Source of the DNA: Dehalococcoidia bacterium | Lineage (GTDB): Bacteria; Chloroflexota; Dehalococcoidia; UBA2979 | Direction of reading: 5' to 3' | Assembly: GCA_965262725.1 (NCBI GenBank) | Contig: OZ253555.1 | Coordinates: forward strand, 2,784,001 to 2,848,000 | DNA: 64,000 nucleotides | In this document: positions 10,452 to 20,721 of the stretch, piece by piece | How positions within the stretch are numbered: position 1 is the first letter of the stretch | How the letters are laid out: the number at the start of each line of letters is the position of its first letter | Position numbers and translations under genes: made by a program | Notes under the pieces: model-generated | What the model saw: only the letters and a program-made list of their open reading frames with translations | Databases searched by the model: none | Told to the model about the DNA's origin: nothing

Positions 10452-11714
10452 ATGGCGGCAGCGGAGGGGTCGACGCCGACGGGAGACGCGACGCCGGTGC
10501 GCGCGGCGGGAGGCGTGACCGCACCCGCCGGCTTCAGGGCGGGTGCCGCCTACGCCGGCATCCGCGGCTACGGCCCGGAGCCACGATACGATGTCGGGTT
10601 GCTCGTCTCCGAGACGCCGTGCGTGGCGGCCGGGCTCTTCACCACGAACGCGGTCGTCGGCAACGCGCTTGCCTGGACGAGGGAGCGCGTGCGCGGCGAG
10701 GATCAGGCGCGTGTGCGCGCCGTCGTCGCCAACTCCGGCAACGCAAACACGTGGACGGGCGAGCAGGGCCCCCGAGACGCGCGGCGGATGGCAGAGCTCG
10801 CGGCGGCGCGCCTCGGCCTCGCGCCCTCGGAGGTGCTGGTCGGCTCGACGGGGGTGATCGGCCGCCCCCTCCCGATGGAGCTCGTCGAGCGCGGGATCGC
10901 GGCCATCGACCTCGGAGCAGACCCGGCTGCCGCGACGACCTTCGCCCGCGCGATCATGACCACGGACACTCGCCCCAAGGAGGCGGCGCGCCGCGTGTCC
11001 CACGGCGGCCGCGACTACACCATTGGCGGCGCCGCGAAGGGGGCGGGAATGATCCATCCCCTCCTCGCCACGATGTTCGCCTTCCTCACCACGGACGCCC
11101 CGGTCGCGGCCGGCTGGCTCGACGCGACGCTTCGCGCTGTCTCCGCCGACAGCTTCGAGATGCTCGACATCGACATGGACAGCTCGACCTGCGACATGGT
11201 GATCGCCCTCGCCAACGGCGCCGCGGGCGGCGACCCGGTCGACGACAGCCATCCCGCGGCTCCGGTCCTGGCGGAGGCGATGGCGGCCGTGGCGACGGAA
11301 CTCACGCGCGAGCTCGCGCGTGACGGGGAGGGCGCCCGCACTCTGATCGAGGTCGCCGTGGAGGGTGCCGCCGACGAGCGGGAGGCGCGGCTCGCCGCCC
11401 GGACCATCGCCTCGTCCCCGCTGGTCAAGTCGATGGTCACCGGCCGCGACCCGAACTGGGGCCGCGTCGCGATGGCTGCGGGCCGCTCGGGCGCGCGGAT
11501 CGATCCGGCGCGGGCTCGCATCTGGATCGCCGGGCTCCTGGCCTTCGAGCGGGGAGCGCCGGCGCCGACGCCGGAGACCGCCCTGCGCGAGGCGATGGAG
11601 AGGCCCGAGATCGTCATCCGCGCCGACCTCGGGGTCGGCTCCGCGCGGGCAACGGCGTGGGGATGCGATCTCACCGAGGAGTACGTACGCATCAACGCGA
11701 GCTACACCACGTGA
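10452..11714 (+). CDS. argJ: Bifunctional ornithine acetyltransferase/N-acetylglutamate synthase
   Basis: NSGNAN, STGVIG, IMTTDT, KGAGMIHP..ATM, ARDGEGA, WGCDLTEEYVRINASY. Confidence 0.95.
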   Translation: MAAAEGSTPTGDATPVRAAGGVTAPAGFRAGAAYAGIRGYGPEPRYDVGLLVSETPCVAAGLFTTNAVVGNALAWTRERVRGEDQARVRAVVANSGNANTWTGEQGPRDARRMAELAAARLGLAPSEVLVGSTGVIGRPLPMELVERGIAAIDLGADPAAATTFARAIMTTDTRPKEAARRVSHGGRDYTIGGAAKGAGMIHPLLATMFAFLTTDAPVAAGWLDATLRAVSADSFEMLDIDMDSSTCDMVIALANGAAGGDPVDDSHPAAPVLAEAMAAVATELTRELARDGEGARTLIEVAVEGAADEREARLAARTIASSPLVKSMVTGRDPNWGRVAMAAGRSGARIDPARARIWIAGLLAFERGAPAPTPETALREAMERPEIVIRADLGVGSARATAWGCDLTEEYVRINASYTT

Positions 11715-11745
11715 GCGGTCTCCCGGGTCGGGCGGGAAGGCATCG

Positions 11746-12522
11746 ATGAGCAGGCCACGCGAGCGGCCCGTCGTCGTCAAGATCGGCGGCTCGACCCTCG
11801 GCGAGGAGGACACGAGCCTCGACGACATCGCGCGCCTCGCCGAGGAGGGACGGCGGCTGCTCGTCGTGCACGGGGGCGGAGCCCTGATCACCGACTGGCT
11901 GGACCGTCTCGGGATCGCCTCGGAGTTCGTCGAGGGACTGCGCTCGACGAGCGCAGAGGCGCTGGAGGTGGTGATCGGTGTGCTTCGGGGAGCCGTGAAC
12001 GCCCGGCTCGTCGCCGAGCTCACGCGACGCGGCGCCTGCGCCATCGGCGTCTCGGGCCTCGACGCGCAGACGCTCGTTGCCGAGCGCTACGACGAGCGCC
12101 TCGGCTACGTGGGCCGCCTCACCCGCGTCGACCCCGCCCACCTCCAGGATTTGCTCGCGGCCGGCTGCGTCCCCGTGCTCGCGCCCATCGCCCTCGAGCC
12201 GCCGGCGCAGCCGCTCAACGTCAACGCCGACACCGTCGCCGGCGAGGTCGCGCGAGCGGTGCGGGCGGAACTGCTTGTCTTCCTCACCGACGTCGACGGC
12301 GTGCTCGACGAGCGAGGCTATCCGCTGGCGCACCTCGCCGCGGAGCAGGCGGCCTCACTCCGCGAGGCCGGTACCCTCGCCGGTGGTATGCTTCCCAAGG
12401 TCGACGCATCTCTCAGAGCGGTGGACGGAGGCTCCGTCGCCGTGATCGCGAACGGCCGTCGGCGTGGCACCGTCCGCGAGATCGTGTCTGGAGGCCGCGT
12501 CGGTACGCGGCTGGGAGGGTAG
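11746..12522 (+). CDS. argB: Acetylglutamate kinase
   Basis: VVKIGGS, VHGGG, NVNAD, LTDVDGV, GGMLPKV. Confidence 0.92.
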   Translation: MSRPRERPVVVKIGGSTLGEEDTSLDDIARLAEEGRRLLVVHGGGALITDWLDRLGIASEFVEGLRSTSAEALEVVIGVLRGAVNARLVAELTRRGACAIGVSGLDAQTLVAERYDERLGYVGRLTRVDPAHLQDLLAAGCVPVLAPIALEPPAQPLNVNADTVAGEVARAVRAELLVFLTDVDGVLDERGYPLAHLAAEQAASLREAGTLAGGMLPKVDASLRAVDGGSVAVIANGRRRGTVREIVSGGRVGTRLGG

Positions 12523-12529
12523 TCGACCG

Positions 12530-15340
12530 GTGGGCTTCTTCGACGACCGCGATGACCAGGGGCCGCCTCCCGACCCCTTCCGCCTGGAGGACCGCGAAGA
12601 GGGCCAGCGCTTCCGCTCGCCGTTCGCGCTGCGCTGGCTCGGCATTGCCGCCGCCCTCCTCGTCGCCTTCGTGGCCGCGAACGTGCTCAAGTCGCTGTAC
12701 GTCGACCTGCTCTGGTTCGACTCGGTCGGGCCCTCCGGGGAGGACAGCTACGCCGGCATCTTCCGAACCGTCGTGGGGTGGCGCGTGGTGCTCTTCCTCG
12801 GGGGAGCGGCGATCACGGCGGCCGTCCTCGGTCTCAATATCTGGCTCGCGCGCCGCTTCGCCCCACGGGCGCCGGAGGAGTCGTTCATCGAGGAGGTCGA
12901 CGCGGGGGCGATCCGTCGCATAGTCACGGTGCTCCTGGTCGCGGCGACGCTCTTCCTCGCCGTGATCTTTGGCTCCGTCGCGGGGGGCTCCTGGGAGACG
13001 GTGCTGCGCTGGCTGAACGGCGTGGAGTTCGGCCGCCAGGATCCCCAGTTCCAGCGCGACATCTCCTTCTACCTCTTCAATCTCCCGGCGTACCACCTCG
13101 CGCAGGGATGGGTGCTCTCCCTGCTCGTCGTCACAGCACTCGCGTCGGGCGCCGTCTACGCCCTCGCGTTCTCGCTCCAGCGCTTCGTGCTGAACGTCAC
13201 GCCGGCGATGCGTATCCACCTGTCGGTGCTGGTAGGACTGATCTTCCTGATAATCGCCTGGGGAACGTACCTCTCGATCTTCGACCTCGCGAATTCCATC
13301 GGCGGCATCGTCTACGGTGCAACCTACACCGACGTCAACGCGAGGCTCCCCGTCCGTTATCTCCTGATCGGGCTCGCGCTCTTCGCCAGCGTCGCGACCG
13401 TGGTCAACGCCGTCCTCTCCAGCGGGTACCGGCTCCCGCTCTTCGCTTTCGGTCTGTGGGCGGCGGCCGGCCTCGTTGGCGGCGCCATCTACCCACAGGC
13501 GATCCAAGCCTTCACGGTCGAGCCCAACGAGCTCGAGCGCGAGGAGCTCTACATCGAGCGCAACATCACTTTCACGCGCGTGGGCTGGAATCTCGACACG
13601 ATCGACGAGCGGAGCTTCCCGGCGCTTCCCGCGGTCACGGCGGCCGAAATCGAGGCGAACGCCGCAACCCTCGACAACATCCGCGTCCTCGACCCGCGCC
13701 CGCTGCTCGACACCTTCAACCAGATTCAATCGATCCGGCCTTTCTACCAGTTCACCGACGTGGACGTGGATCGCTACACGATCGACGGTGTGCAGCGGCA
13801 GGTAATGCTCAGCCCGCGCGAGCTGAACGTCGCCCGCGCCCTGGATCGCAACTGGACGCGGGAGCGACTGCAGCTCACACACGGATTCGGGGCCGTCGTC
13901 ACCCCCGTCAACGAGGTGATAGCGGAGTCCGGACTACCGCGGCTGCTCACCGCCGACATTCCGCCCGTGAGCGCGATCGGGGCGCTAGAACTCACGATCG
14001 AGGGCTCGCGCATCTACTTCGGTGAGCTCACCAACCACTACGTCGTGGTCAACACCAACGTAGCGGAGTTCGACTACCCGCTGGGCGAGGGCCAGAACGC
14101 GGAGACGCGCTACGAGGCCGACCGCGGCATCCGCCTCTCCTCACTGGTTCAGCGCATGGCGCTGGCCTGGGAGCTCGGCGACACCAACCTCCTGATCTCG
14201 GGCCAGATCGGCTCGGGCTCACGGCTCCTGATGCACCGCGACCTGCAGAGCCGCATCGAGAAGGTCGCGCCGTTCCTGTTGCTCGACTCTGACCCCTACC
14301 TCGTCGTCGAGGACGGCCGGCTGTTCTGGATCCAAGACGGCTACACCACATCCGGAGGATTCCCCTACTCGGAGCCGCGCGGCGACGTCAACTACATCCG
14401 CAACAGCGTCAAGGTGCTCGTCGACGCCGTGACCGGCGACATGAACTACTACCTCATCGACGAGACGGACCCGGTGGCGCGCACGTGGTCGAAGATCTTC
14501 CCCGACCTCTTCCAGCCGGACTCGGAGATGCCGGACTTCATGCGGGAGCACCTGCGCTACCCGGAGCTTCTCTTCCGCCTGCAGGCCGACCTCTACCTCC
14601 AGTACCACGTCTCCGATCCCCAGGTCTTCTTCGTAGGCGAGGACTTCTGGAACATCCCGACCGAGCGCTTCCGGCAGCAGGAGCAGCAGGTCGACCCTTA
14701 CTACGTCGTCATGAAGCTCCCGGGCGAGTCGAGGGAGGAGTTCGCGCTCATCCTCCCCTTCACGCCGCGCAACAAGCAGAACACGGTGGCGTGGCTGGCC
14801 GCGCGCTCCGACGGCGATGCTTACGGCACGCTTCGCTCCTACCGCTTCCCGACCGACGACCTCGTCTTCGGACCGGCGCAGATCGAGGCGCGTATCGATC
14901 AGAACCCCGGCATCTCGCAGCAGCTCACGCTGTGGGACACGGCGGGGTCCGAGGTGATCCGCGGCAACCTGCTGATGATCCCGATCGGCGAATCGTTCCT
15001 CTTCGTCGAGCCGATATACCTGCAGGCATCCAACTCGCGGCTGCCCGAGCTCAAGCGCATCGTCGTGGCCAACGGCAACGCGATCGCGATGGAGGAGACG
15101 TTCGAGCAGTCGCTGGACGTCGTGCTCGGCCGGCGCGCCTCGTCGCTTCCCGGGACCGGCGCCTCGTTCGAGCCGACGGCCCCGAGCCCGACCACCCCCT
15201 CGACGCCGAGCCAGCCGCTGCCCGACGACCTGAGAGGGCTGCTCGATCGGGCGCAGGAGGCGTTCGACGCGACCGACGCCGAACTCGAGCGCCTGCGCGA
15301 GATCCTCGAGGCGCTGCGCGAACTCCAAGCGGCGCCCTAG
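12530..15340 (+). CDS. UPF0182-family membrane protein
   Basis: N-terminal TM bundle; DPQFQRDISFYLF, GATYTDV, DVDRY, THGFG, NYIRNSVK, GNLL motifs; about 936 aa. Confidence 0.9.
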   Translation: MGFFDDRDDQGPPPDPFRLEDREEGQRFRSPFALRWLGIAAALLVAFVAANVLKSLYVDLLWFDSVGPSGEDSYAGIFRTVVGWRVVLFLGGAAITAAVLGLNIWLARRFAPRAPEESFIEEVDAGAIRRIVTVLLVAATLFLAVIFGSVAGGSWETVLRWLNGVEFGRQDPQFQRDISFYLFNLPAYHLAQGWVLSLLVVTALASGAVYALAFSLQRFVLNVTPAMRIHLSVLVGLIFLIIAWGTYLSIFDLANSIGGIVYGATYTDVNARLPVRYLLIGLALFASVATVVNAVLSSGYRLPLFAFGLWAAAGLVGGAIYPQAIQAFTVEPNELEREELYIERNITFTRVGWNLDTIDERSFPALPAVTAAEIEANAATLDNIRVLDPRPLLDTFNQIQSIRPFYQFTDVDVDRYTIDGVQRQVMLSPRELNVARALDRNWTRERLQLTHGFGAVVTPVNEVIAESGLPRLLTADIPPVSAIGALELTIEGSRIYFGELTNHYVVVNTNVAEFDYPLGEGQNAETRYEADRGIRLSSLVQRMALAWELGDTNLLISGQIGSGSRLLMHRDLQSRIEKVAPFLLLDSDPYLVVEDGRLFWIQDGYTTSGGFPYSEPRGDVNYIRNSVKVLVDAVTGDMNYYLIDETDPVARTWSKIFPDLFQPDSEMPDFMREHLRYPELLFRLQADLYLQYHVSDPQVFFVGEDFWNIPTERFRQQEQQVDPYYVVMKLPGESREEFALILPFTPRNKQNTVAWLAARSDGDAYGTLRSYRFPTDDLVFGPAQIEARIDQNPGISQQLTLWDTAGSEVIRGNLLMIPIGESFLFVEPIYLQASNSRLPELKRIVVANGNAIAMEETFEQSLDVVLGRRASSLPGTGASFEPTAPSPTTPSTPSQPLPDDLRGLLDRAQEAFDATDAELERLREILEALRELQAAP

Positions 15341-15446
15341 GCCCCCCCTCCGGGGCCTGCCCCGGAGGATGCGGCGCCGCGGCCTGTGCCTCCGTTCAGC
15401 GGCGGTCGGGCGGGCGACGCGACCGGGACCAGGAGAGAGGCAGTCG

Positions 15447-16631
15447 ATGACGACGCTCCGCGAGCGCGAAGCGGCGCTCTACATGCAGGCGGGCCGGCGC
15501 ATGCCGGTCACCCTCGTGCGGGGCGCCGGCACGCGCGTCTGGGACGACGAGGGACGCGAGTACCTCGACTTCGTGGCCGGCATCGCGACGAACACGCTCG
15601 GCCACGCCGACCCCGAGTTGGCGGAGGTAATCGCGGAGCAGGCGCGCACGCTGATCCACACCTCGAACCTGGTCTACTCCCTCCCCCAGATCGAGCTCGC
15701 CGAGCTCCTCATCGCGCACTCCTGCGCCGACCGCGTCTTCTTCGTGAACTCCGGCGCCGAGGCGAACGAGACTGCCGTGAAGCTCGCCCGCAAGTGGGGC
15801 AAGATGCACCGGGGCGGGGCGCACGAGATCATCTGCGCCGAGAACGCCTTCCACGGCCGCACGCTCGCCACGATCGCGGCGACGGGGAACCCCCGCTACA
15901 GCGACCCGTTCACGCCGCTCCCCGAGGGCTTCGTGCACGTGCCCTACGACGACATCGACGCCCTCAGGGCCGCGACCGGCGGAGCGACCGTGGCGGTGAT
16001 GCTGGAGCCGCTGCAGGGCGAGGGCGGTGTCATCGTCCCATCCCCGGGCTACCTGCAGGCCGTGCGCGCGTGGTGTGACGAGCAGGGACTGCTCCTGATC
16101 CTCGACGAGGTGCAGTCCGGAATGGGTCGCACCGGGACACTGTGGGCCTACGAGCACGACGGGATCGAGCCCGATATCTTCACTTCGGCCAAGGCCCTGG
16201 GCGGCGGCGTCCCCGTGGGGGCGACGCTCGCCCGGGAGGACGCCGCGGTCTTCGAGCCCGGCGACCACGGGAACACCTTCGGCGGCTCCGTGCTGGCGAC
16301 GGCGGCGGCGGCGCACGTCGTGCGGCGCGTCGTCGAGGGCGGCGTGTTGGAGGCGGGACGTGCGCGCGGAGAGCAGCTCGGTCGCGGGCTCGAGGGTCTC
16401 GCCGACCGGGTTCCCGGGGCTTCCGGCGTCCGGGGACGTGGACTCCTGCGAGGCCTCGAGCTCGAGCGCGACGTCGCGCCCGAGGCCGTCGCGGCCGCGC
16501 TCGAGATGGGTCTCATCCTCAACGCGGTGCGGCCGAACGTGCTGCGCTTCGTCCCGCCCTTGACCGTGACCGAGGAGGAGGTCGAGCGCGCCGTCTCCCT
16601 CACCGAGCGAGCGCTCGCGGCCGCGCTGTAG
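15447..16631 (+). CDS. argD: Acetylornithine aminotransferase
   Basis: DFVAGIA, NSGAEANE, FHGRT, DEVQSGMGRTG, AKALGGG; arg operon context. Confidence 0.92.
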   Translation: MTTLREREAALYMQAGRRMPVTLVRGAGTRVWDDEGREYLDFVAGIATNTLGHADPELAEVIAEQARTLIHTSNLVYSLPQIELAELLIAHSCADRVFFVNSGAEANETAVKLARKWGKMHRGGAHEIICAENAFHGRTLATIAATGNPRYSDPFTPLPEGFVHVPYDDIDALRAATGGATVAVMLEPLQGEGGVIVPSPGYLQAVRAWCDEQGLLLILDEVQSGMGRTGTLWAYEHDGIEPDIFTSAKALGGGVPVGATLAREDAAVFEPGDHGNTFGGSVLATAAAAHVVRRVVEGGVLEAGRARGEQLGRGLEGLADRVPGASGVRGRGLLRGLELERDVAPEAVAAALEMGLILNAVRPNVLRFVPPLTVTEEEVERAVSLTERALAAAL

Positions 16632-16654
16632 CGGCGCCGGAGCGGATCCGTGCG

Positions 16655-16771
16655 CGTACCGGCGGCGCGCGCTCCCGGTTGCATGGCCCCTGAGCCAGTG
16701 CGAGAGTTGATGCCCGCCGCCGACCGCGCGCGCTCAGGAGCGCCGGCTCGCGAGCGCGTACCGCCGGTACG
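16655..16771. repeat. Long imperfect inverted repeat between argD and argG
   Basis: 20-nt arms 16655-16674 and 16752-16771 (18/20 Watson-Crick) plus an inner CCTGAGC/GCTCAGG stem. Confidence 0.6.
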
Positions 16772-16830
16772 ACGCCCGCAATCGAGCGAGACGCAATGAA
16801 TGGGGCACGAAGAGCGATGGGCGCAGAGCG

Positions 16831-18093
16831 ATGAGAGAGACGATCGTGCTCGCCTACTCGGGCGGGCTCGACACCTCCGTGGCGACCAAATGGCTCCAAG
16901 AGGAGCGCGGCTACGACGTCGTCTGCCTGCTCGCCGATCTAGGCAATCAGCCCGACGTTGACTCGGCGCGCGAGCGCGGGCTCGGCGCCGGTGCGCTCGC
17001 AGTGGAGGTGGTCGACGCGCGTGACGATTTCCTGAACTATTTCGCCTTTCCGGCCCTGGCCGCGAACGCCCTCTACCAGGGGGGCTACCCGCTCGCCACG
17101 GCGCTCGCGCGGCCGCTGATCGCGAAGCTGCTCGTCGACAAGGCGCGCGAGGTCAGGGCGAACGCCGTCGCACACGGCTGCACCGGCAAGGGCAACGACC
17201 AGGTTCGCTTCGACCTCGCCATCCGCGCGCTCGGACCCGACCTCGCGATCGTGGGCACGGCGCGCGAGAACCTGATGACTCGCGATCAGGCCATCGAGTA
17301 TGCGGCGCGGTTCTCAATCCCCGTCGAGACGACCGTGGAGTCGCCGTACTCCACCGACGAGAACCTCTGGGGGCGCTCCATCGAGTGCGGCATCCTGGAG
17401 GATCCGTGGATCGAGCCGCCCGAGGAGATCTACGCGTGGACGCGCCACCTGGCGGAGACGCCAGCGGAGCCCGACTACGTCACGATCGGATTCGAGCGCG
17501 GGGCGCCGGTCTCGCTCGACGGCGAGCAGCTCTCGCCCGTGCCCCTGGTCGAGCGGCTGAACGAACTCGCGGGGCGGCACGGGATCGGTCGGATCGACAT
17601 GGTCGAGGATCGCCTCGTCGGGATTAAGTCCCGCGAGATTTACGAGGCACCCGCCGCGGTCGCGCTCCTCGAGGCGCACCAAGCGCTCGAGGCCCTCACG
17701 CTTTCGCGCAAGCAGCGCGCCTTCAAGGCGCGCGTCGCGCAGGAGTACGCGGACCTGATCTACGAGGGTCTCTGGTTCACGGCGCAGCATCAGGATCTCG
17801 CCGCCTACGTCCAGTCCACGCAGCGACACGTGAGCGGCGAGGTGCGCCTGCGGCTCGCGCGCGCGAGCGCCGTCGCTGTCGGCCGGCAGGCGCCGCGGAG
17901 CCTCTACAGCCACGAGCTCGCGACCTACGGCGAGGGCGACCGCTTCGATCAGACGGCAGCGCAGGGCTTCATCGCGATCTTCGGGCTCCCCGTGCAGCTC
18001 CAGGCGGAGCAGCAACTGCTCCGCCAGCCCGGCGATCCCAAGACCCTCGCGATGCCCGCCCAGCCGGCCTCGGACAACGGCGCCGAGGCGTAG
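16831..18093 (+). CDS. argG: Argininosuccinate synthase
   Basis: LAYSGGLDTS, HGCTGKGNDQVRF, GIKSREIYE. Confidence 0.97.
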   Translation: MRETIVLAYSGGLDTSVATKWLQEERGYDVVCLLADLGNQPDVDSARERGLGAGALAVEVVDARDDFLNYFAFPALAANALYQGGYPLATALARPLIAKLLVDKAREVRANAVAHGCTGKGNDQVRFDLAIRALGPDLAIVGTARENLMTRDQAIEYAARFSIPVETTVESPYSTDENLWGRSIECGILEDPWIEPPEEIYAWTRHLAETPAEPDYVTIGFERGAPVSLDGEQLSPVPLVERLNELAGRHGIGRIDMVEDRLVGIKSREIYEAPAAVALLEAHQALEALTLSRKQRAFKARVAQEYADLIYEGLWFTAQHQDLAAYVQSTQRHVSGEVRLRLARASAVAVGRQAPRSLYSHELATYGEGDRFDQTAAQGFIAIFGLPVQLQAEQQLLRQPGDPKTLAMPAQPASDNGAEA

Positions 18094-18108
18094 CTCCGGG
18101 GGCGCCGC

Positions 18109-19620
18109 GTGGCCGACGAGCAACAGGGAAGCGGGCCCGGCACTCCGGGGTCGCGCGCGGACGGCACCGGCGGCGACACACGGCCCTCGGCCGGGCCCCC
18201 GGCGAAGCCGTGGGGCGGCCGGTTCGTGGGCGCGACGGCGAAGCTTGTCGAGGCGTACACGGAGTCGATCTCCTTCGATCGGCGGCTCTACCGCGAGGAC
18301 ATCGCGGGCTCCATCGCGCACGCGCGAATGCTCGCCGCGCAGGGGATCATCGACGACTCCGACGCCCGGGCGATCGTGGCGGGCCTCGAGGCGATTCGCG
18401 AAGAGATCGCGGCCGGCACGTTCTCCTTCCGCTCCGACCGCGAGGACATTCACCTCAACATCGAGGGAGCGCTGAGCGAACACATCGGCGAGGCGGCCGG
18501 ACGGCTCCACACAGCCCGCTCGCGGAACGATCAGGTCGCCACCGACCTCCGGCTCTTCGCGCGCACCGCTCTGGACGAGGCGGCGGCGGCGCTGCTGGCG
18601 CTGCGCCGCGCGCTCGTGGGGTTCGCCGAGCGGGAGCGGGAAACGATCATTCCCGGCTACACTCACCTGCAGCGGGCGCAGCCGGTGCTCCTCGCGCACC
18701 ACCTTCTCGCCTACGAGGCGATGTTCTCCCGCGACTCGGAACGCGTGGCGCAGATCCGCCGCCGGACGAACGTGCTGCCGCTCGGTTCGGGCGCGCTCGC
18801 CGGCGTGACCTACCCCATCGACCGCGAGCACGTGGCGCGCGAGCTCGGCTTCGAGGCGCTCTCCTCCAACTCCATGGACGCAGTCTCAGACCGCGACTTC
18901 GTCGTCGAGCTGCACGCCGCGGCCGCGCTCGCGATGGTGCACCTATCGCGGCTGGGGGAGGACCTCGTGCTCTGGGCCTCGGCGGAGTTCGCGCTGCTGC
19001 GGCTACCGGACGGTTTCGCGACCGGCTCGAGCATCATGCCGCAGAAGCGCAATCCCGATGTCGCGGAGCTGGCCCGCGGGAAGAGCGCGCGCGTGATCGG
19101 GAACCTGGTGCAGTCGCTGACGCTCCTCAAGGGACTGCCGCTCGCCTACAACCGGGACCTGCAGGAGGACAAGGAGCCGCTCTTCGACACTGTCGAGACG
19201 CTGCTCGCCTCGCTCCGCGTGACGGCGGCGATGCTCCCTGAGCTCAGCGTCGACGCCGAGCGGGGGCGCGCCGCGGCGGTCGCCGATCATGCCCTCGCCA
19301 CGGACCTTGCCGACCACCTCGCGAAGCAGGGCGTCCCCTTCCGCGAGGCACACCACGTCGTCGGAAGGCTCGTCGCGATGCTCGACCGCGAGGGGCGTGA
19401 ACTCGCCTCGCTGACGCTCGACGAGCTTCGGGAGGCGCACGCGTCGTTCGGCGAGGAGGCCCTCGACCTCGATCTGGATGCCTCGCTGGCGGCGCGCGCC
19501 GTCGCGGGCGGCACCGCGCCGGCGGCGGTGGCCGCGGCGCTCGCCAACGCCGTCGCGCGGCTCGACGCCGAGGAGCTCGCCGCGTCCCCACCCTCGCCCG
19601 CCGACGGCGTCCGCGGGTGA
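18109..19620 (+). CDS. argH: Argininosuccinate lyase
   Basis: WGGRF, RSRNDQV, GYTHLQRAQP, GSSIMPQKRNPD. Confidence 0.97.
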   Translation: MADEQQGSGPGTPGSRADGTGGDTRPSAGPPAKPWGGRFVGATAKLVEAYTESISFDRRLYREDIAGSIAHARMLAAQGIIDDSDARAIVAGLEAIREEIAAGTFSFRSDREDIHLNIEGALSEHIGEAAGRLHTARSRNDQVATDLRLFARTALDEAAAALLALRRALVGFAERERETIIPGYTHLQRAQPVLLAHHLLAYEAMFSRDSERVAQIRRRTNVLPLGSGALAGVTYPIDREHVARELGFEALSSNSMDAVSDRDFVVELHAAAALAMVHLSRLGEDLVLWASAEFALLRLPDGFATGSSIMPQKRNPDVAELARGKSARVIGNLVQSLTLLKGLPLAYNRDLQEDKEPLFDTVETLLASLRVTAAMLPELSVDAERGRAAAVADHALATDLADHLAKQGVPFREAHHVVGRLVAMLDREGRELASLTLDELREAHASFGEEALDLDLDASLAARAVAGGTAPAAVAAALANAVARLDAEELAASPPSPADGVRG

Positions 19621-20288
19621 GGGTGCGCATCGCCCCCTCGATCCTGACCGCCGACCTCGGCCGACTCGCCGACGAAATTGCCGCCGCGGAGGCGGGCGGT
19701 GCCGACCTCATACATCTCGACGTCATGGACGGTCACTTCGTCCCCGCGATCACCTTCGGCGCGGTCGTGGTGGCGGCGGTGCGCCGCGCCACCGCCCTCC
19801 CCCTCGAGGCGCACCTCATGGTCGCGCGGCCCCACGCACAGCTCGCGCCGATGGCCGAGGCGGGCGCCGGGCGTCTGATCCCCCATCTCGAGGCAGCGGA
19901 GGGCGAGACGGGCGGCGCGATGGGCCTCGTGGAGGCGATTCGCCGGCTCGGATGCGAGGCGGGCCTTGCCATCTCCCCGGAGACGTCAGTGGAGGCGGTG
20001 ACGCCGCTCGCGGGCGCGCTCGACGGCGTCACGGTGATGACGGTCCACCCCGGCCGCGGAGGGCAGTCATTCCTCCCGGAGATGCTTCTGAAGGTGGCGG
20101 CGCTCCGGGCGCTCTTCGACGAGCACGGGTTCGGCGCGGCGCTCGAGGTGGACGGCGGCGTGAAGGCGCACAACGCGGCGCTCTGCGTCGCCGCCGGCGC
20201 CGACACACTGGTCGCCGGATCCGCCGTCTACAACGATGCCGAGACGCCGACCCGCGCGCTCGCGGCGCTGCGGGATCGCTGCCGCTGA
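19617..20288 (+). CDS. rpe: Ribulose-phosphate 3-epimerase
   Basis: IAPSIL, HLDVMDGHFVP, EVDGG, VAGSA; GTGA overlap with argH. Confidence 0.93.
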   Translation: MRVRIAPSILTADLGRLADEIAAAEAGGADLIHLDVMDGHFVPAITFGAVVVAAVRRATALPLEAHLMVARPHAQLAPMAEAGAGRLIPHLEAAEGETGGAMGLVEAIRRLGCEAGLAISPETSVEAVTPLAGALDGVTVMTVHPGRGGQSFLPEMLLKVAALRALFDEHGFGAALEVDGGVKAHNAALCVAAGADTLVAGSAVYNDAETPTRALAALRDRCR

Positions 20289-20321
20289 CCGAGTGCCTCG
20301 GCCGGCGACGCGAGGGCGACG

Positions 20322-20552
20322 CTAGGCGGAGCGGATCTCGGCCGACTGCTTCATCTGCGTCCGGAGGCAGCGGGTGCAGACGTTGACGCGCCGCCAACGG
20401 CCGTCGATGAGCAGGCGCTTGCGGTGCACGTTAGGCCGGAATTGCCGGTTGGTGCGCGGGGCCTTGCGCTCCCAGCGGCCGGAGTGCTTGTGGCGAATGT
20501 TTCGCCCGAAACGCGTCACCTTGTCACAGAGGTCGCATCTGCCCGGCGCCAT
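20322..20552 (-). CDS. rpmB: 50S ribosomal protein L28 (Cys-containing type)
   Basis: CDLC...G.NI.H...TNRQFRPNV...VCTRC. Confidence 0.9.
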   Translation of the reverse strand: MAPGRCDLCDKVTRFGRNIRHKHSGRWERKAPRTNRQFRPNVHRKRLLIDGRWRRVNVCTRCLRTQMKQSAEIRSA

Positions 20553-20721
20553 CGTCAGCCCCCCGCCGCCCGCACCACCCCGGGGGTCGACATCCGACCT
20601 GCGACCGGCGTGCTGTTGAGATCGATCACGAGCCTATAGACTAGCCCCCACCGCCAGCTGCGGTCGAGTCGCCCCGCCCAGCAGGCGAGGTGGCGACCGC
20701 ATCCGGGGTCGAGGGAGGCGC

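Noticed and set aside
9477-12044. 855-aa minus-strand ORF and many similar long antisense ORFs
   Set aside because: Shadow ORFs opposite recognisable genes (nth, argJ, argB); Arg/Pro/Ala-rich with no motifs, as expected at high GC
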